This document shows positions 8,352-17,248 of a DNA stretch of 32,000 nt, in pieces. The notes under the pieces were generated by a model that did no database searches, was not told the DNA's origin, and saw nothing but the letters and a program-made list of their open reading frames with translations. Location: positions 107,527-139,526 of the forward strand of contig CAXXFV010000015.1 of the NCBI GenBank assembly GCA_963674595.2. Reading direction: 5' to 3'. This DNA comes from a bacterium. GTDB lineage: Bacteria > Zhuqueibacterota > Zhuqueibacteria > Residuimicrobiales > Krinioviventaceae. The position numbers and the translations under genes were made by a program. Numbering within the stretch: position 1 is the stretch's first letter; the number at the start of each line of letters is the position of its first letter.

Positions 8352-9005
8352 ATGTGTGAAGCAAAAAAGATCACGTCCATTGAGCGACAGGCAAAAAGAT
8401 CGGACCGCTATTCTGTCTTTTTAGATGGCGAATTTGCATTTGGTATTCATGAAGATGTATTAATAAAATCCGGTATTGCCAAAGGTGATCTTTTAAATGA
8501 AACACAAATTGAACAGATTATTGAAAAGGAAACACGGCGTAAAGCAAAAGAAAAATCATTTCGCCTGTTATCCGTTCGTGCAAGAAGCCGTAAAGAACTT
8601 GTTGATCGTTTAAAAATGGCAAAATTTTCGCAGCCGGTCATTGATTCCGTCCTTGAAGACCTTGAAAAATTAAATTTGATCAATGATTCGGATTTTGCCA
8701 AAATTTATGCCCGTTCAAGAATGGTCACCCGGCCTGCCGGAGAGTTTTTATTACGACAGGAATTGAAACAAAAAGGTGTTTCCGAAAAGGATGTTGAAAG
8801 CGGCGTTGAAGAAGCTTACCGTGAAAAAAGTGAACAAACGCTTGCCCGGGAACTGGCGGTAAAACGAAAAAAAAGATTGGCAAGTGTTGAGGAAACAAAA
8901 GCAAAAAAAAGAATGAGTGATTTTTTGTTAAGGCGTGGTTTTAGCTGGGACATTGTTAAAGATATTATTGAGAATTGGGATAATTTGAGTATTGAAACAG
9001 AGTGA
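8352..9005 (+). CDS. recX: recombination regulator RecX
   Basis: 217-aa helical-repeat protein immediately downstream of recA. RecX-like repeats present (RSRKELVDRL, DSDFAKIYARSR, FLLRRGFSWD). Confidence 0.85.
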   Translation: MCEAKKITSIERQAKRSDRYSVFLDGEFAFGIHEDVLIKSGIAKGDLLNETQIEQIIEKETRRKAKEKSFRLLSVRARSRKELVDRLKMAKFSQPVIDSVLEDLEKLNLINDSDFAKIYARSRMVTRPAGEFLLRQELKQKGVSEKDVESGVEEAYREKSEQTLARELAVKRKKRLASVEETKAKKRMSDFLLRRGFSWDIVKDIIENWDNLSIETE

Positions 9006-10182
9006 TTTTAAAAAATTCAAAATTGGCACACGAATTATTCGTGCCACATCCCATGTCGATTTTAATGTAAAATCTCATGTTCCGCCTATTTTTCAGACGG
9101 TTAACTATGAGTATGAAAATGCCGAAGACGGCTTTGCCGTATTTAACGGTGCAAAACAGGGGTATGTCTATACCCGTGATGGAAATCCGAATACCGACCA
9201 CCTTGCCGAACTTGTTGCATTACTTGAAGAGGGTGAAATGGCGGCCACCACGGCATCCGGTATGGCGGCAATCAGCAGTGCTATCCTGTCTCTGGTGAAA
9301 CCGGGAGATCATATTGTCTCCTCAAAATTTATCTATGGTGGAACCCGGGCATGGCTGGAAGGTCCGCTGAATGACCAAAACATTTCATCCAGTTTTGTCA
9401 ACATTTTGGACGAGCAAGAGATTATATCTGCCATAACACCTGCAACAAAAATTCTATATGCGGAAGTTTTGGCAAATCCAAATTTAATTGTTGCTGATTT
9501 GGACTTGTTATCGAAAATTGCTAAAAAGAACAATCTTGTTTTAATAATTGATAATACCTTTACACCTCCGCCGATTATTCAACCGTTAAAATATGGCGCT
9601 GACCTGGTCATTCACAGTGCCACAAAATATTTAGGCGGTCATGGCGATATTATAGGTGGTGTCATTGTCGGTTCAGCCGGCCGTATTCAAAATATTAACA
9701 AAATTATCAAACTTTATGGCGGTGTTTCAAGTCCTTTTAATGCATGGCTCGCGATGCGCGGCCTCAAAACCTTGGCTGTTCGCCTGGATAACCATTGCCG
9801 AAATGCTTTAAAAGTTGCCGAATTTCTTGATAAACACTCCAAAGTAAATCAAGTCTATTATCCCGGATTAGCTTCTCATCCGCAGCACAAACTTGCCGCC
9901 AGCCAGCTAAACGGGTTCGGCGGAATGCTGGCCTTTGAAATAAAGGGCGATTTTAGTGCTGTTAAAAGGATAATGGATGCTGTAAAGGTGTTTAATTTTA
10001 CAGTAAGTCTAGGTGAAATTGATTCGTTAATTATGCATCCGGCTTCAACGTCTCATGTTTCACTTTCTGATAAAGATAAAAAAGCCCTGGGTATTACGGA
10101 TAGTTTGATTCGTTTATCCATTGGGATCGAAGACAGTGATGATTTGATTTATGATTTAGAACAAGCGCTGGAATTAATATAA
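8992..10182 (+). CDS. Cys/Met-metabolism PLP-dependent enzyme (methionine gamma-lyase / O-acetylhomoserine sulfhydrylase / cystathionine synthase-lyase family)
   Basis: 396 aa. PLP-lysine motif SATKYLGGHGD and family N-terminus PPIFQTVNYEY. TTG start overlaps recX by 14 nt. The exact subfamily cannot be resolved by eye. Confidence 0.85.
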   Translation: MKQSDFKKFKIGTRIIRATSHVDFNVKSHVPPIFQTVNYEYENAEDGFAVFNGAKQGYVYTRDGNPNTDHLAELVALLEEGEMAATTASGMAAISSAILSLVKPGDHIVSSKFIYGGTRAWLEGPLNDQNISSSFVNILDEQEIISAITPATKILYAEVLANPNLIVADLDLLSKIAKKNNLVLIIDNTFTPPPIIQPLKYGADLVIHSATKYLGGHGDIIGGVIVGSAGRIQNINKIIKLYGGVSSPFNAWLAMRGLKTLAVRLDNHCRNALKVAEFLDKHSKVNQVYYPGLASHPQHKLAASQLNGFGGMLAFEIKGDFSAVKRIMDAVKVFNFTVSLGEIDSLIMHPASTSHVSLSDKDKKALGITDSLIRLSIGIEDSDDLIYDLEQALELI

Positions 10183-10210
10183 CATAGTGCAGAATAACAG
10201 GAAATAGTAT

Positions 10211-12832
10211 ATGACATCAAACGAACTAAGACAATCATTTCTCGATTTTTTTAAATCCAAGGAACATCATATCGTATCAAGTGCGCCGGTCGTACCACAG
10301 GATGATCCGACCCTGTTGTTTACCAATGCAGGGATGAACCAGTTTAAAGATATTTTCCTTGGGACCCGAAAACGTCAGTATAACCGAATTGCCGATTCAC
10401 AAAAATGTATTCGTGTATCCGGAAAGCATAATGATCTTGAAGAGGTGGGTCGCGATACCTATCATCATACTTTTTTTGAAATGTTGGGGAATTGGTCCTT
10501 TGGTGATTATTTTAAAGCCGAAGCCATTGAATGGGCCTGGGAATTGTTGACAAAGGTTTGGGGTTTGCCCAAGGATAAACTATATGCCACGGTCTTTGCC
10601 GGTGATGACAAAGACGGCGTTGAACCGGATATTGAAGCAGAAGACGAATGGAAAAATCAAACCGATATTGACCATTCTCATATTTTACGATTTGGTAAAA
10701 AAGATAATTTTTGGGAAATGGGTGAAACCGGCCCCTGCGGCCCCTGTTCCGAAATTCATATAGATCGCGGTCCCGAATATTGCGACAGCAAAGACCCGAA
10801 CCACGTTTGTGAAGTGAATAGCGGATGCGCCCGTTATATAGAATTGTGGAACCTGGTTTTTATCCAGTATAATCGTGATGAAACCGGAGAATTGCATTTG
10901 CTGCCATCCAAGCATGTGGATACCGGCGCCGGATTTGAACGTCTGGCTGCTGTCATGCAGAAAAAGAATTCAAATTACGATACGGACCTTTTTACTCCTA
11001 TTATAAAAGCAATCGGCGAAATTGTGGAAAAAGCGGATGCCGATGGAGAAATCGGAGTCGCTTATCGGGTTATTTGTGATCATATCCGGGCATTGACGTT
11101 TGCCATCGCTGACGGCGCAATTCCCGGTAACGACGGCCGCGGTTATGTTTTACGACGTATCCTGAGACGGGCCGCCCGATTTGGCCGGGTATTGGGAATG
11201 CATGAACCCTTTATTTATAAACTTGTTGCCACCCTGGCCAAAGAAATGGGTCACGCCTATCCTGAAATTAAAGAACGACAGTCATATATTGAAAAAGTTA
11301 TAAAAGCCGAAGAAGAAAGTTTCGGCCGTACACTTGATCGCGGAATTGAAATTTTTGAACAAAAGGTAAAACAGGTCCAAAAAGCAGGTGAAACTGTTTT
11401 CCCCGGAAAAGACGCATTTGTGCTGCATGACACCTATGGTTTTCCGCTTGACTTGACACAGCTTATGGCTGAAGAAAAGAACTTGACGGTTGATGAAAAA
11501 GCCTTTGATAAAGAGATGGCCCTTCAGCGTGAAAGATCATCCAAGGATAGAAATGCTGTTTATGAAACCATTCATGTTTCGGATGATCAGGGCGCCTCGG
11601 AATTTGTGGGTTATGATCAGGATGCCTTTAAGACAAGTGTTGTTCATTATGAAGACGGTAAAATTATTATAAAAAACACACCGTTTTATGCCGAATCCGG
11701 TGGACAGGTTGGAGACAGTGGCATAATTAAAAATGATCATTTTACATTTTCCGTTGAAGAAACGCGAAATGTTGGTGAACATATTGTTCACATCGGTACA
11801 TTGACAAGCGGTACCGCACCTAAAGCCGGAGATATGGTATCGGCCCAGGTAGATATTGAAAAAAGACGTGCTACGGAAAGAAACCATACGGTAACACATC
11901 TTTTACATAAAGCATTACGAACAATTCTCGGCGACCACGTTCATCAGGCCGGTTCACTTGTTCATCCGGACCAAATGCGGTTTGACTTTACACATTTTGA
12001 AAAAGTAAGTGATGCTGATCTGGAAAAAATTGAAAATATTGTAAATGATAAAATTCTGGAAAATCGTTTCACAACCTGGCAGGTTTTACCCATTGATGAG
12101 GCAAAATCAAGAGGCGCTATGGCCCTTTTTGGTGAAAAATACGGTGAAAATGTTCGTATGGTTGAAATTGACGAGTATTCACGGGAACTGTGCGGCGGAA
12201 CGCATGTGCGTTCAACCGGAGAGATTGGAGAGTTTATTATAACCTCGGAATCTGCGGTTGCAGCCGGAATTCGACGAATTGAATCGCTAACCGGTAAAAA
12301 GGCTGTTGCTTTTCGCAGAGCAAAACAACTTCAGGTCCATCAGATAGCCGAACGTCTCAATTGTCCTGCTGAAGAAATTGAACAACGTTTGGAACATATT
12401 TTACAGGAACAAAAAGAGCTTGAACATGAACTCAAATCTTTACGACAAAAGAGTTCTAAAAATCAAATTGATGATTTGTTGAGTAAAGCTATAATGGTTA
12501 AGGATGTTAAAGTCATTGCGGCAAAAATCAACGTAACCAATCCGGATGAATTAAGGAATGCCGGTGATTTGCTTAGAAACGGCATGGGATCTGGTGTTGG
12601 TGTTTTGGCTGCTGTAATAAATGATAAAGTAAATTTTGCTTGTATTGTTACAAAAGATTTGATTGACTCTAAAAAACTAAAAGCAGGTGATATAGTTAAA
12701 GATGTAGCTGCAATTGCCGGTGGCGGCGGCGGCGGAAGTCCGCATATGGCGCTTGCAGGCGCCAAAGACGTCTCTAAAGTTGATACGGCGTTGGCTAAGG
12801 TAACCGAGATTATAGAAAGCAAATTAGCATAG
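10211..12832 (+). CDS. alaS: alanine--tRNA ligase
   Basis: 873 aa with class II core (FTNAGMNQFK, HHTFFEMLGNWSFGDYFK), editing domain HTVTHLLH...CGGTH, and C-terminal DHHA1 GGGGG tract. Confidence 0.97.
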   Translation: MTSNELRQSFLDFFKSKEHHIVSSAPVVPQDDPTLLFTNAGMNQFKDIFLGTRKRQYNRIADSQKCIRVSGKHNDLEEVGRDTYHHTFFEMLGNWSFGDYFKAEAIEWAWELLTKVWGLPKDKLYATVFAGDDKDGVEPDIEAEDEWKNQTDIDHSHILRFGKKDNFWEMGETGPCGPCSEIHIDRGPEYCDSKDPNHVCEVNSGCARYIELWNLVFIQYNRDETGELHLLPSKHVDTGAGFERLAAVMQKKNSNYDTDLFTPIIKAIGEIVEKADADGEIGVAYRVICDHIRALTFAIADGAIPGNDGRGYVLRRILRRAARFGRVLGMHEPFIYKLVATLAKEMGHAYPEIKERQSYIEKVIKAEEESFGRTLDRGIEIFEQKVKQVQKAGETVFPGKDAFVLHDTYGFPLDLTQLMAEEKNLTVDEKAFDKEMALQRERSSKDRNAVYETIHVSDDQGASEFVGYDQDAFKTSVVHYEDGKIIIKNTPFYAESGGQVGDSGIIKNDHFTFSVEETRNVGEHIVHIGTLTSGTAPKAGDMVSAQVDIEKRRATERNHTVTHLLHKALRTILGDHVHQAGSLVHPDQMRFDFTHFEKVSDADLEKIENIVNDKILENRFTTWQVLPIDEAKSRGAMALFGEKYGENVRMVEIDEYSRELCGGTHVRSTGEIGEFIITSESAVAAGIRRIESLTGKKAVAFRRAKQLQVHQIAERLNCPAEEIEQRLEHILQEQKELEHELKSLRQKSSKNQIDDLLSKAIMVKDVKVIAAKINVTNPDELRNAGDLLRNGMGSGVGVLAAVINDKVNFACIVTKDLIDSKKLKAGDIVKDVAAIAGGGGGGSPHMALAGAKDVSKVDTALAKVTEIIESKLA

Positions 12833-12874
12833 CTGCATCATTATAATTTAACTGCGAAAGGATTTGGCAGCCAA

Positions 12875-13624
12875 GTGAAAGTTATTGATAAACTTTACAA
12901 GATTCAAAAACAGCGTGGAGCAGGTTATTTTGTACTTATTGATCCGGATAAACAGGAAATAAAAGAGGCTGTCCGGTTAGCGGAAATATGTGCAAAAGCC
13001 GAAATCGATGCGTTTTTAGTTGGTGGAAGTTTGTTGTTTTCTCATATTTTTGATGAACTGGTGAAAAGTATTAAAGAGGTATGTGATATACCTGTTATCA
13101 TTTTTCCCGGAAGTACAAAACAGCTCTCTCCCTATGCAGATGCCATTTTGTTTTTATCGTTGATAAGCGGAAGAAATCCGAACACACTTATTGGCGAACA
13201 GGTGGCTGCAGCCCCGATCATAAAGTCCATGGGACTTGAACCTATATCGACAGCTTATATGTTTATTGAATCCGGTAATATCACTTCTGCTCAGTTTATC
13301 AGTGATACACGTCCCATTCCACGGGAAAAGCCGGATATTGCCATGGCACATGCCTTGGCGGCTGAATACTTTGGAATGAAGCTGGCTTATTTGGAAGCCG
13401 GCAGCGGCGCCAAATACTCTGTGCCCGATTCCCTGATTCAAGCTCTAAAAAAATATGTCAATATTCCGATGATCGTTGGTGGCGGAATTTGTACACCCGA
13501 AGAAGCCAGAAAAAAAGTAGAAGCTGGCGCCGGTTTTTTAGTTACCGGAAACGTACTTGAAAAAAATCCCGACGCAGGCCTGGTTAAGGCATTTTCTCAG
13601 GCCGTTCATATATTGGAAAAATAG
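12875..13624 (+). CDS. geranylgeranylglyceryl/heptaprenylglyceryl phosphate synthase family protein (GGGPS/PcrB fold)
   Basis: 249 aa with GTG start. TIM-barrel prenyltransferase motifs LIDPDK, FLVGGS, IIFPGS, SLISGRNP, YLEAGSGA, IVGGGI. Confidence 0.85.
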   Translation: MKVIDKLYKIQKQRGAGYFVLIDPDKQEIKEAVRLAEICAKAEIDAFLVGGSLLFSHIFDELVKSIKEVCDIPVIIFPGSTKQLSPYADAILFLSLISGRNPNTLIGEQVAAAPIIKSMGLEPISTAYMFIESGNITSAQFISDTRPIPREKPDIAMAHALAAEYFGMKLAYLEAGSGAKYSVPDSLIQALKKYVNIPMIVGGGICTPEEARKKVEAGAGFLVTGNVLEKNPDAGLVKAFSQAVHILEK

Positions 13625-13660
13625 ATATTAACTGAAAAGAATAATATTCAAGTGGTATAA

Positions 13661-14455
13661 ATGGATTTTATTGATATACATTCACATGTAATTGCATATT
13701 GGGATGATGGGGCGGAATCGTGGGATGATTCTTTGGAAATGTTAAAAATGGCAGAACAGGATGGAATTTCTCAAATTATCTGTACGCCGCACATCCTGGC
13801 GACAAATGACCTTGAACGGGAAGATGAAATTATCAACCTGTGGAATGAATTGAAAAACAAGGCCGAGCAAGCCAATATAGGTATTAAAATTCATCTGGGT
13901 TGCGAATTATATGTTCAACCTGATATCAACTTTGAAAGAAAAATCAGCACACTAGCTGGAAATGGGACCTATTTTCTTGTGGAATTTCCTATGGGAATGA
14001 TTCCCGATTTTGTTGCAAACAAGTTTTTCGATTTACTTTTGGATAATAAAGTTCCAATTATTGCACACCCGGAAAGAAACGGCGGTATTCTCAATCAACC
14101 ACAACGTGCTGTAGAATTTGTTGAAAGGGGTGCGTTGATGCAAATGAATGCCGGAAGTATTTTGGGAGATTTTGGCACACGTATTAAAGCATTGGCAACA
14201 CAACTTTTGGATGCTAATTTAATACATATTATTGCAACCGACGCTCACGATACAACCTATAGGCCCCTGATTTTGTCAAAAGCCTTCAAGTTTGTAAAAG
14301 AAAACTGGGGAAAAGAAAGGGCAGAGACCTTATTCATCAATAATCCACACAAAATTTTAACGGCAAAAAAAATTACGACCGGGCCTATTCAGCCGATTCA
14401 AAATAATGGTAAAAATATATTCTGGAGAAAATTTACATCTTTTTTTCAGAAATAG
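13661..14455 (+). CDS. PHP-domain protein-tyrosine phosphatase (CpsB/CapC/YwqE family)
   Basis: 264 aa with metal-ligand motifs DIHSHV, CTPH, AHPER, TDAHD as in CpsB-type phosphatases. Confidence 0.8.
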   Translation: MDFIDIHSHVIAYWDDGAESWDDSLEMLKMAEQDGISQIICTPHILATNDLEREDEIINLWNELKNKAEQANIGIKIHLGCELYVQPDINFERKISTLAGNGTYFLVEFPMGMIPDFVANKFFDLLLDNKVPIIAHPERNGGILNQPQRAVEFVERGALMQMNAGSILGDFGTRIKALATQLLDANLIHIIATDAHDTTYRPLILSKAFKFVKENWGKERAETLFINNPHKILTAKKITTGPIQPIQNNGKNIFWRKFTSFFQK

Positions 14456-14505
14456 ATTGAATAGATCAAAATCCAACATATTGTATTTTATCGGAGGAAG
14501 TTGAT

Positions 14506-15090
14506 TTGGACTCTTTGAGAAAAGAAATAGAACAACAATTAATTGATAGTGCAAAAATTAAAGATATTATCAGAGAAAAATATACGGATAAAATTCTGGA
14601 AACAGCCCAGCTTATGATAAATGCATTAAAAGCGGGCGGCAAGTTGTTACTGTGCGGGAACGGCGGAAGCGCAGCCGACTCTCAGCATTTTGCGGCAGAG
14701 ATGGTTGGGCGTTTAAAAAAGAACCGTGGCGCCATTGCCGCCATTGCCATGACAACCGATACATCCATCATTACGGCTATCGGTAATGATTATTCTTATG
14801 ATGAAATATTCAGTCGTCAGGTTGAGGCTTTGGGTGCACCTCAGGATGTTTTTGTTGGGATGAGTACCAGCGGAAATTCTGAAAATGTCAGTTTGGCAAT
14901 TAAAGCGGCCAAGGCGAAGGGTATTCCGACAGTTGCCTTACTCGGTAAAACAGGTGGAAAGCTGGCAAACGAAGCAGACCACGTCATTGTTGTTCCTTCC
15001 ATGATATCCCAACGAATTCAGGAAGGGCATATTACCATCATTCATATATGGTGTGATCTGATTGAAGAAGCACTTTTTCCAAATGACTGA
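14506..15090 (+). CDS. gmhA: SIS-domain phosphoheptose isomerase (GmhA; DiaA-like alternative)
   Basis: 194 aa with GNGGSAADSQHFAAE and STSGNS motifs. TTG start follows GGAGGA. Confidence 0.8.
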   Translation: MDSLRKEIEQQLIDSAKIKDIIREKYTDKILETAQLMINALKAGGKLLLCGNGGSAADSQHFAAEMVGRLKKNRGAIAAIAMTTDTSIITAIGNDYSYDEIFSRQVEALGAPQDVFVGMSTSGNSENVSLAIKAAKAKGIPTVALLGKTGGKLANEADHVIVVPSMISQRIQEGHITIIHIWCDLIEEALFPND

Positions 15091-15164
15091 AACATTTTTA
15101 AATAAAATTGTGTTCAATTGATGATTAGTCCTGATTATTCCTACTAAAATAAATTGTTAAAACG

Positions 15165-17228
15165 TTGAGTTTTTTAAATCTTTCCATATTGTTCGGTTTG
15201 CTCGCTGTAGCTGTTCCTCTTTTAATACATTTACTGTCGAGGTCTAAAAACCGGGTTATTCCCTTCAGTTCATTAACTTTTTTACTAGAGCTGCAGCAGC
15301 ATAAAGTCCGTCGAATTAAATTAAAACAATTGCTTATTTTAATTCTTCGCATGTTGATTGTCATTTTGCTTGTTTTGGCTTTTGCACGTCCTATTTTTAA
15401 AAGCCGCTCTGCAAATCCTGCCGATGTAAACGCCGGTACGACAGCCGTAATTGTGCTTGACAATTCATTCAGTATGACGGTCCCGCAAAACAACTCGTCG
15501 TTGTTTCAAACCGCTAAAGCTAAAATAAATGAAATCATTCAGATAATGCGTCAGGGGGATGAGGTTTATTTATTATTTTCCACGGATTCAAGTTATTTAA
15601 ATACACAGGCTTTTTTAAATTTTGAAAATTTACAAAACAGCCTCAAAAACAAAATGACAAGTTTTGTTGTTTCCGACTTGAATAAAGCGATAGATGCATC
15701 ACAGGAAATTTTTCATAATACGGTGAACATAAATAAAGAACTTTATGTTATATCTGATTTTCAAAAATCAACACTGCCGGATTCCTTTTCATTAACTGAG
15801 CAGGATGTCCGTATCTTTGCTTTACCGGTCCGACCGGAATTTATTTCAAATGTTTCTGTTGATAAGGTTTTGCTGGTTAATACGATACTGGAAAAAAATA
15901 AAGTCCTGGAACTGGAAGCAGTTGTTGCAAATTATGGTACCCAGCCGGTTCAAAATAAATTGGCCCAGCTATTTATAAACGATGAGCGGGTTGCCCAGAC
16001 GACGTTTAGTTTGGAACCTGATCAATCCAAAACACTTTTTTTTAAATTTGTCCCTGATCAAAGCGGCCTGTTTAGCGGCTATATCGTTCTGGAAGATGAT
16101 GACGTATTAAAAGATAACAAACATTATTTTTCATTTACCATTCCGGATAAGATCCCGGTGGGTTTGATTGGCCAGAGAAATGCCGATACCCAATTCATCA
16201 ACCTTGCGCTGCTGCCGGATGATAATTCCAATTTTGATGTTACAACAATAAAGTCAGGTAATTTTGAAAATGTTTCTTTGGGACAGTTTCAGGTTGTCGC
16301 TTGTCGGATTTGTCAATTTCAGCCGAAAAAAATTACAGGATATATGGGCTTTTGTCGAAAATGGTGGTGGATTGTTTTAGCGCTTGGAGATTTTGATTTA
16401 GAGGATTTTAATTCGACCATTGCACAACAGTTCCATCTGCCGAAATTAACCGGTGTTTATGAAAATAAACTTGCAAGTGATGACCAATTTTTATCCTTTG
16501 GGAATATTGATTTTACTCACCCGGTTTTTAAAGGTATTTTTAAAGAACCGCAAACAAAAATAAAAAATCCACATATTTTCAAGGCTTTTCAAACTGAAAA
16601 ATCCGGGGACATTGACGTTATTATACCCCTAAGTAATGGTTTCCCGTTTTTATATGAAAAAAACGCCGGACAGGGCAAAATTATTGTTATGACATCCGGA
16701 TTGGGTGATGAATATTCTGATTTTACATATCAAACAATTTTTGCTCCACTAATGTCACGAATGTTTTCCTATCTTGCTGTTCATCAGCAAACACAGGCAA
16801 GCGAATATAATATCCTTGATGAATTGAGGTTATCTGTCGATGCAAGGTTGGTTGACCAAGATCTGGAAATTATTCGTCCTGATAATCAGGCTGAAAAAGT
16901 AACTCCAACTATTTTATCCGGTGGTTTGTATTTAAAATATGCACAGACCAATATTCCCGGTAATTACAAACTTAATTCCGGGCAGACACAAATTGCTCAA
17001 TGGTCTGTTAATATTTCTCCGGAAGAATCAGTTTTTAAATATTATGATAATAAAGAGTTGGAAAAATTTCATTTTAATGTTTTAAAAGAATCCAATATTG
17101 AGCAGTCTGTGAAAAACCAGCGATTTGGTAAAGAACTGTGGAAATATTTTGTCCTGGCGGCATTGATTTTGTTGATTTTAGAGATGCTTCTTTTTCGGGA
17201 AAAAGGTGATTCTGCATCTGCTGAATAA
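15165..17228 (+). CDS. BatA-domain (N-terminal double-TM) / vWA-like membrane protein; an internal ~26-codon segment appears to be read out of frame
   Basis: 687 aa with TTG start. N-terminus LLAVAVPLLIHLLSR is the aerotolerance BatA-type double-TM anchor. vWA-like AVIVLDNSFSM and a C-terminal TM are present. See the finding on 16293-16382. Confidence 0.8.
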   Translation: MSFLNLSILFGLLAVAVPLLIHLLSRSKNRVIPFSSLTFLLELQQHKVRRIKLKQLLILILRMLIVILLVLAFARPIFKSRSANPADVNAGTTAVIVLDNSFSMTVPQNNSSLFQTAKAKINEIIQIMRQGDEVYLLFSTDSSYLNTQAFLNFENLQNSLKNKMTSFVVSDLNKAIDASQEIFHNTVNINKELYVISDFQKSTLPDSFSLTEQDVRIFALPVRPEFISNVSVDKVLLVNTILEKNKVLELEAVVANYGTQPVQNKLAQLFINDERVAQTTFSLEPDQSKTLFFKFVPDQSGLFSGYIVLEDDDVLKDNKHYFSFTIPDKIPVGLIGQRNADTQFINLALLPDDNSNFDVTTIKSGNFENVSLGQFQVVACRICQFQPKKITGYMGFCRKWWWIVLALGDFDLEDFNSTIAQQFHLPKLTGVYENKLASDDQFLSFGNIDFTHPVFKGIFKEPQTKIKNPHIFKAFQTEKSGDIDVIIPLSNGFPFLYEKNAGQGKIIVMTSGLGDEYSDFTYQTIFAPLMSRMFSYLAVHQQTQASEYNILDELRLSVDARLVDQDLEIIRPDNQAEKVTPTILSGGLYLKYAQTNIPGNYKLNSGQTQIAQWSVNISPEESVFKYYDNKELEKFHFNVLKESNIEQSVKNQRFGKELWKYFVLAALILLILEMLLFREKGDSASAE

Positions 17229-17248
17229 AGATATATTTTGAGGTTATA

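Noticed and set aside
8860-8915. Other A-rich tracts inside genes, such as the AAAAAAAA runs in recX around 8868-8910, considered as further slippage or frameshift sites.
   Set aside because: The proteins read through them in a single frame with sensible Lys-rich sequence. No off-frame conserved sense or nearby paired stops were seen, unlike in dnaX and hflX.
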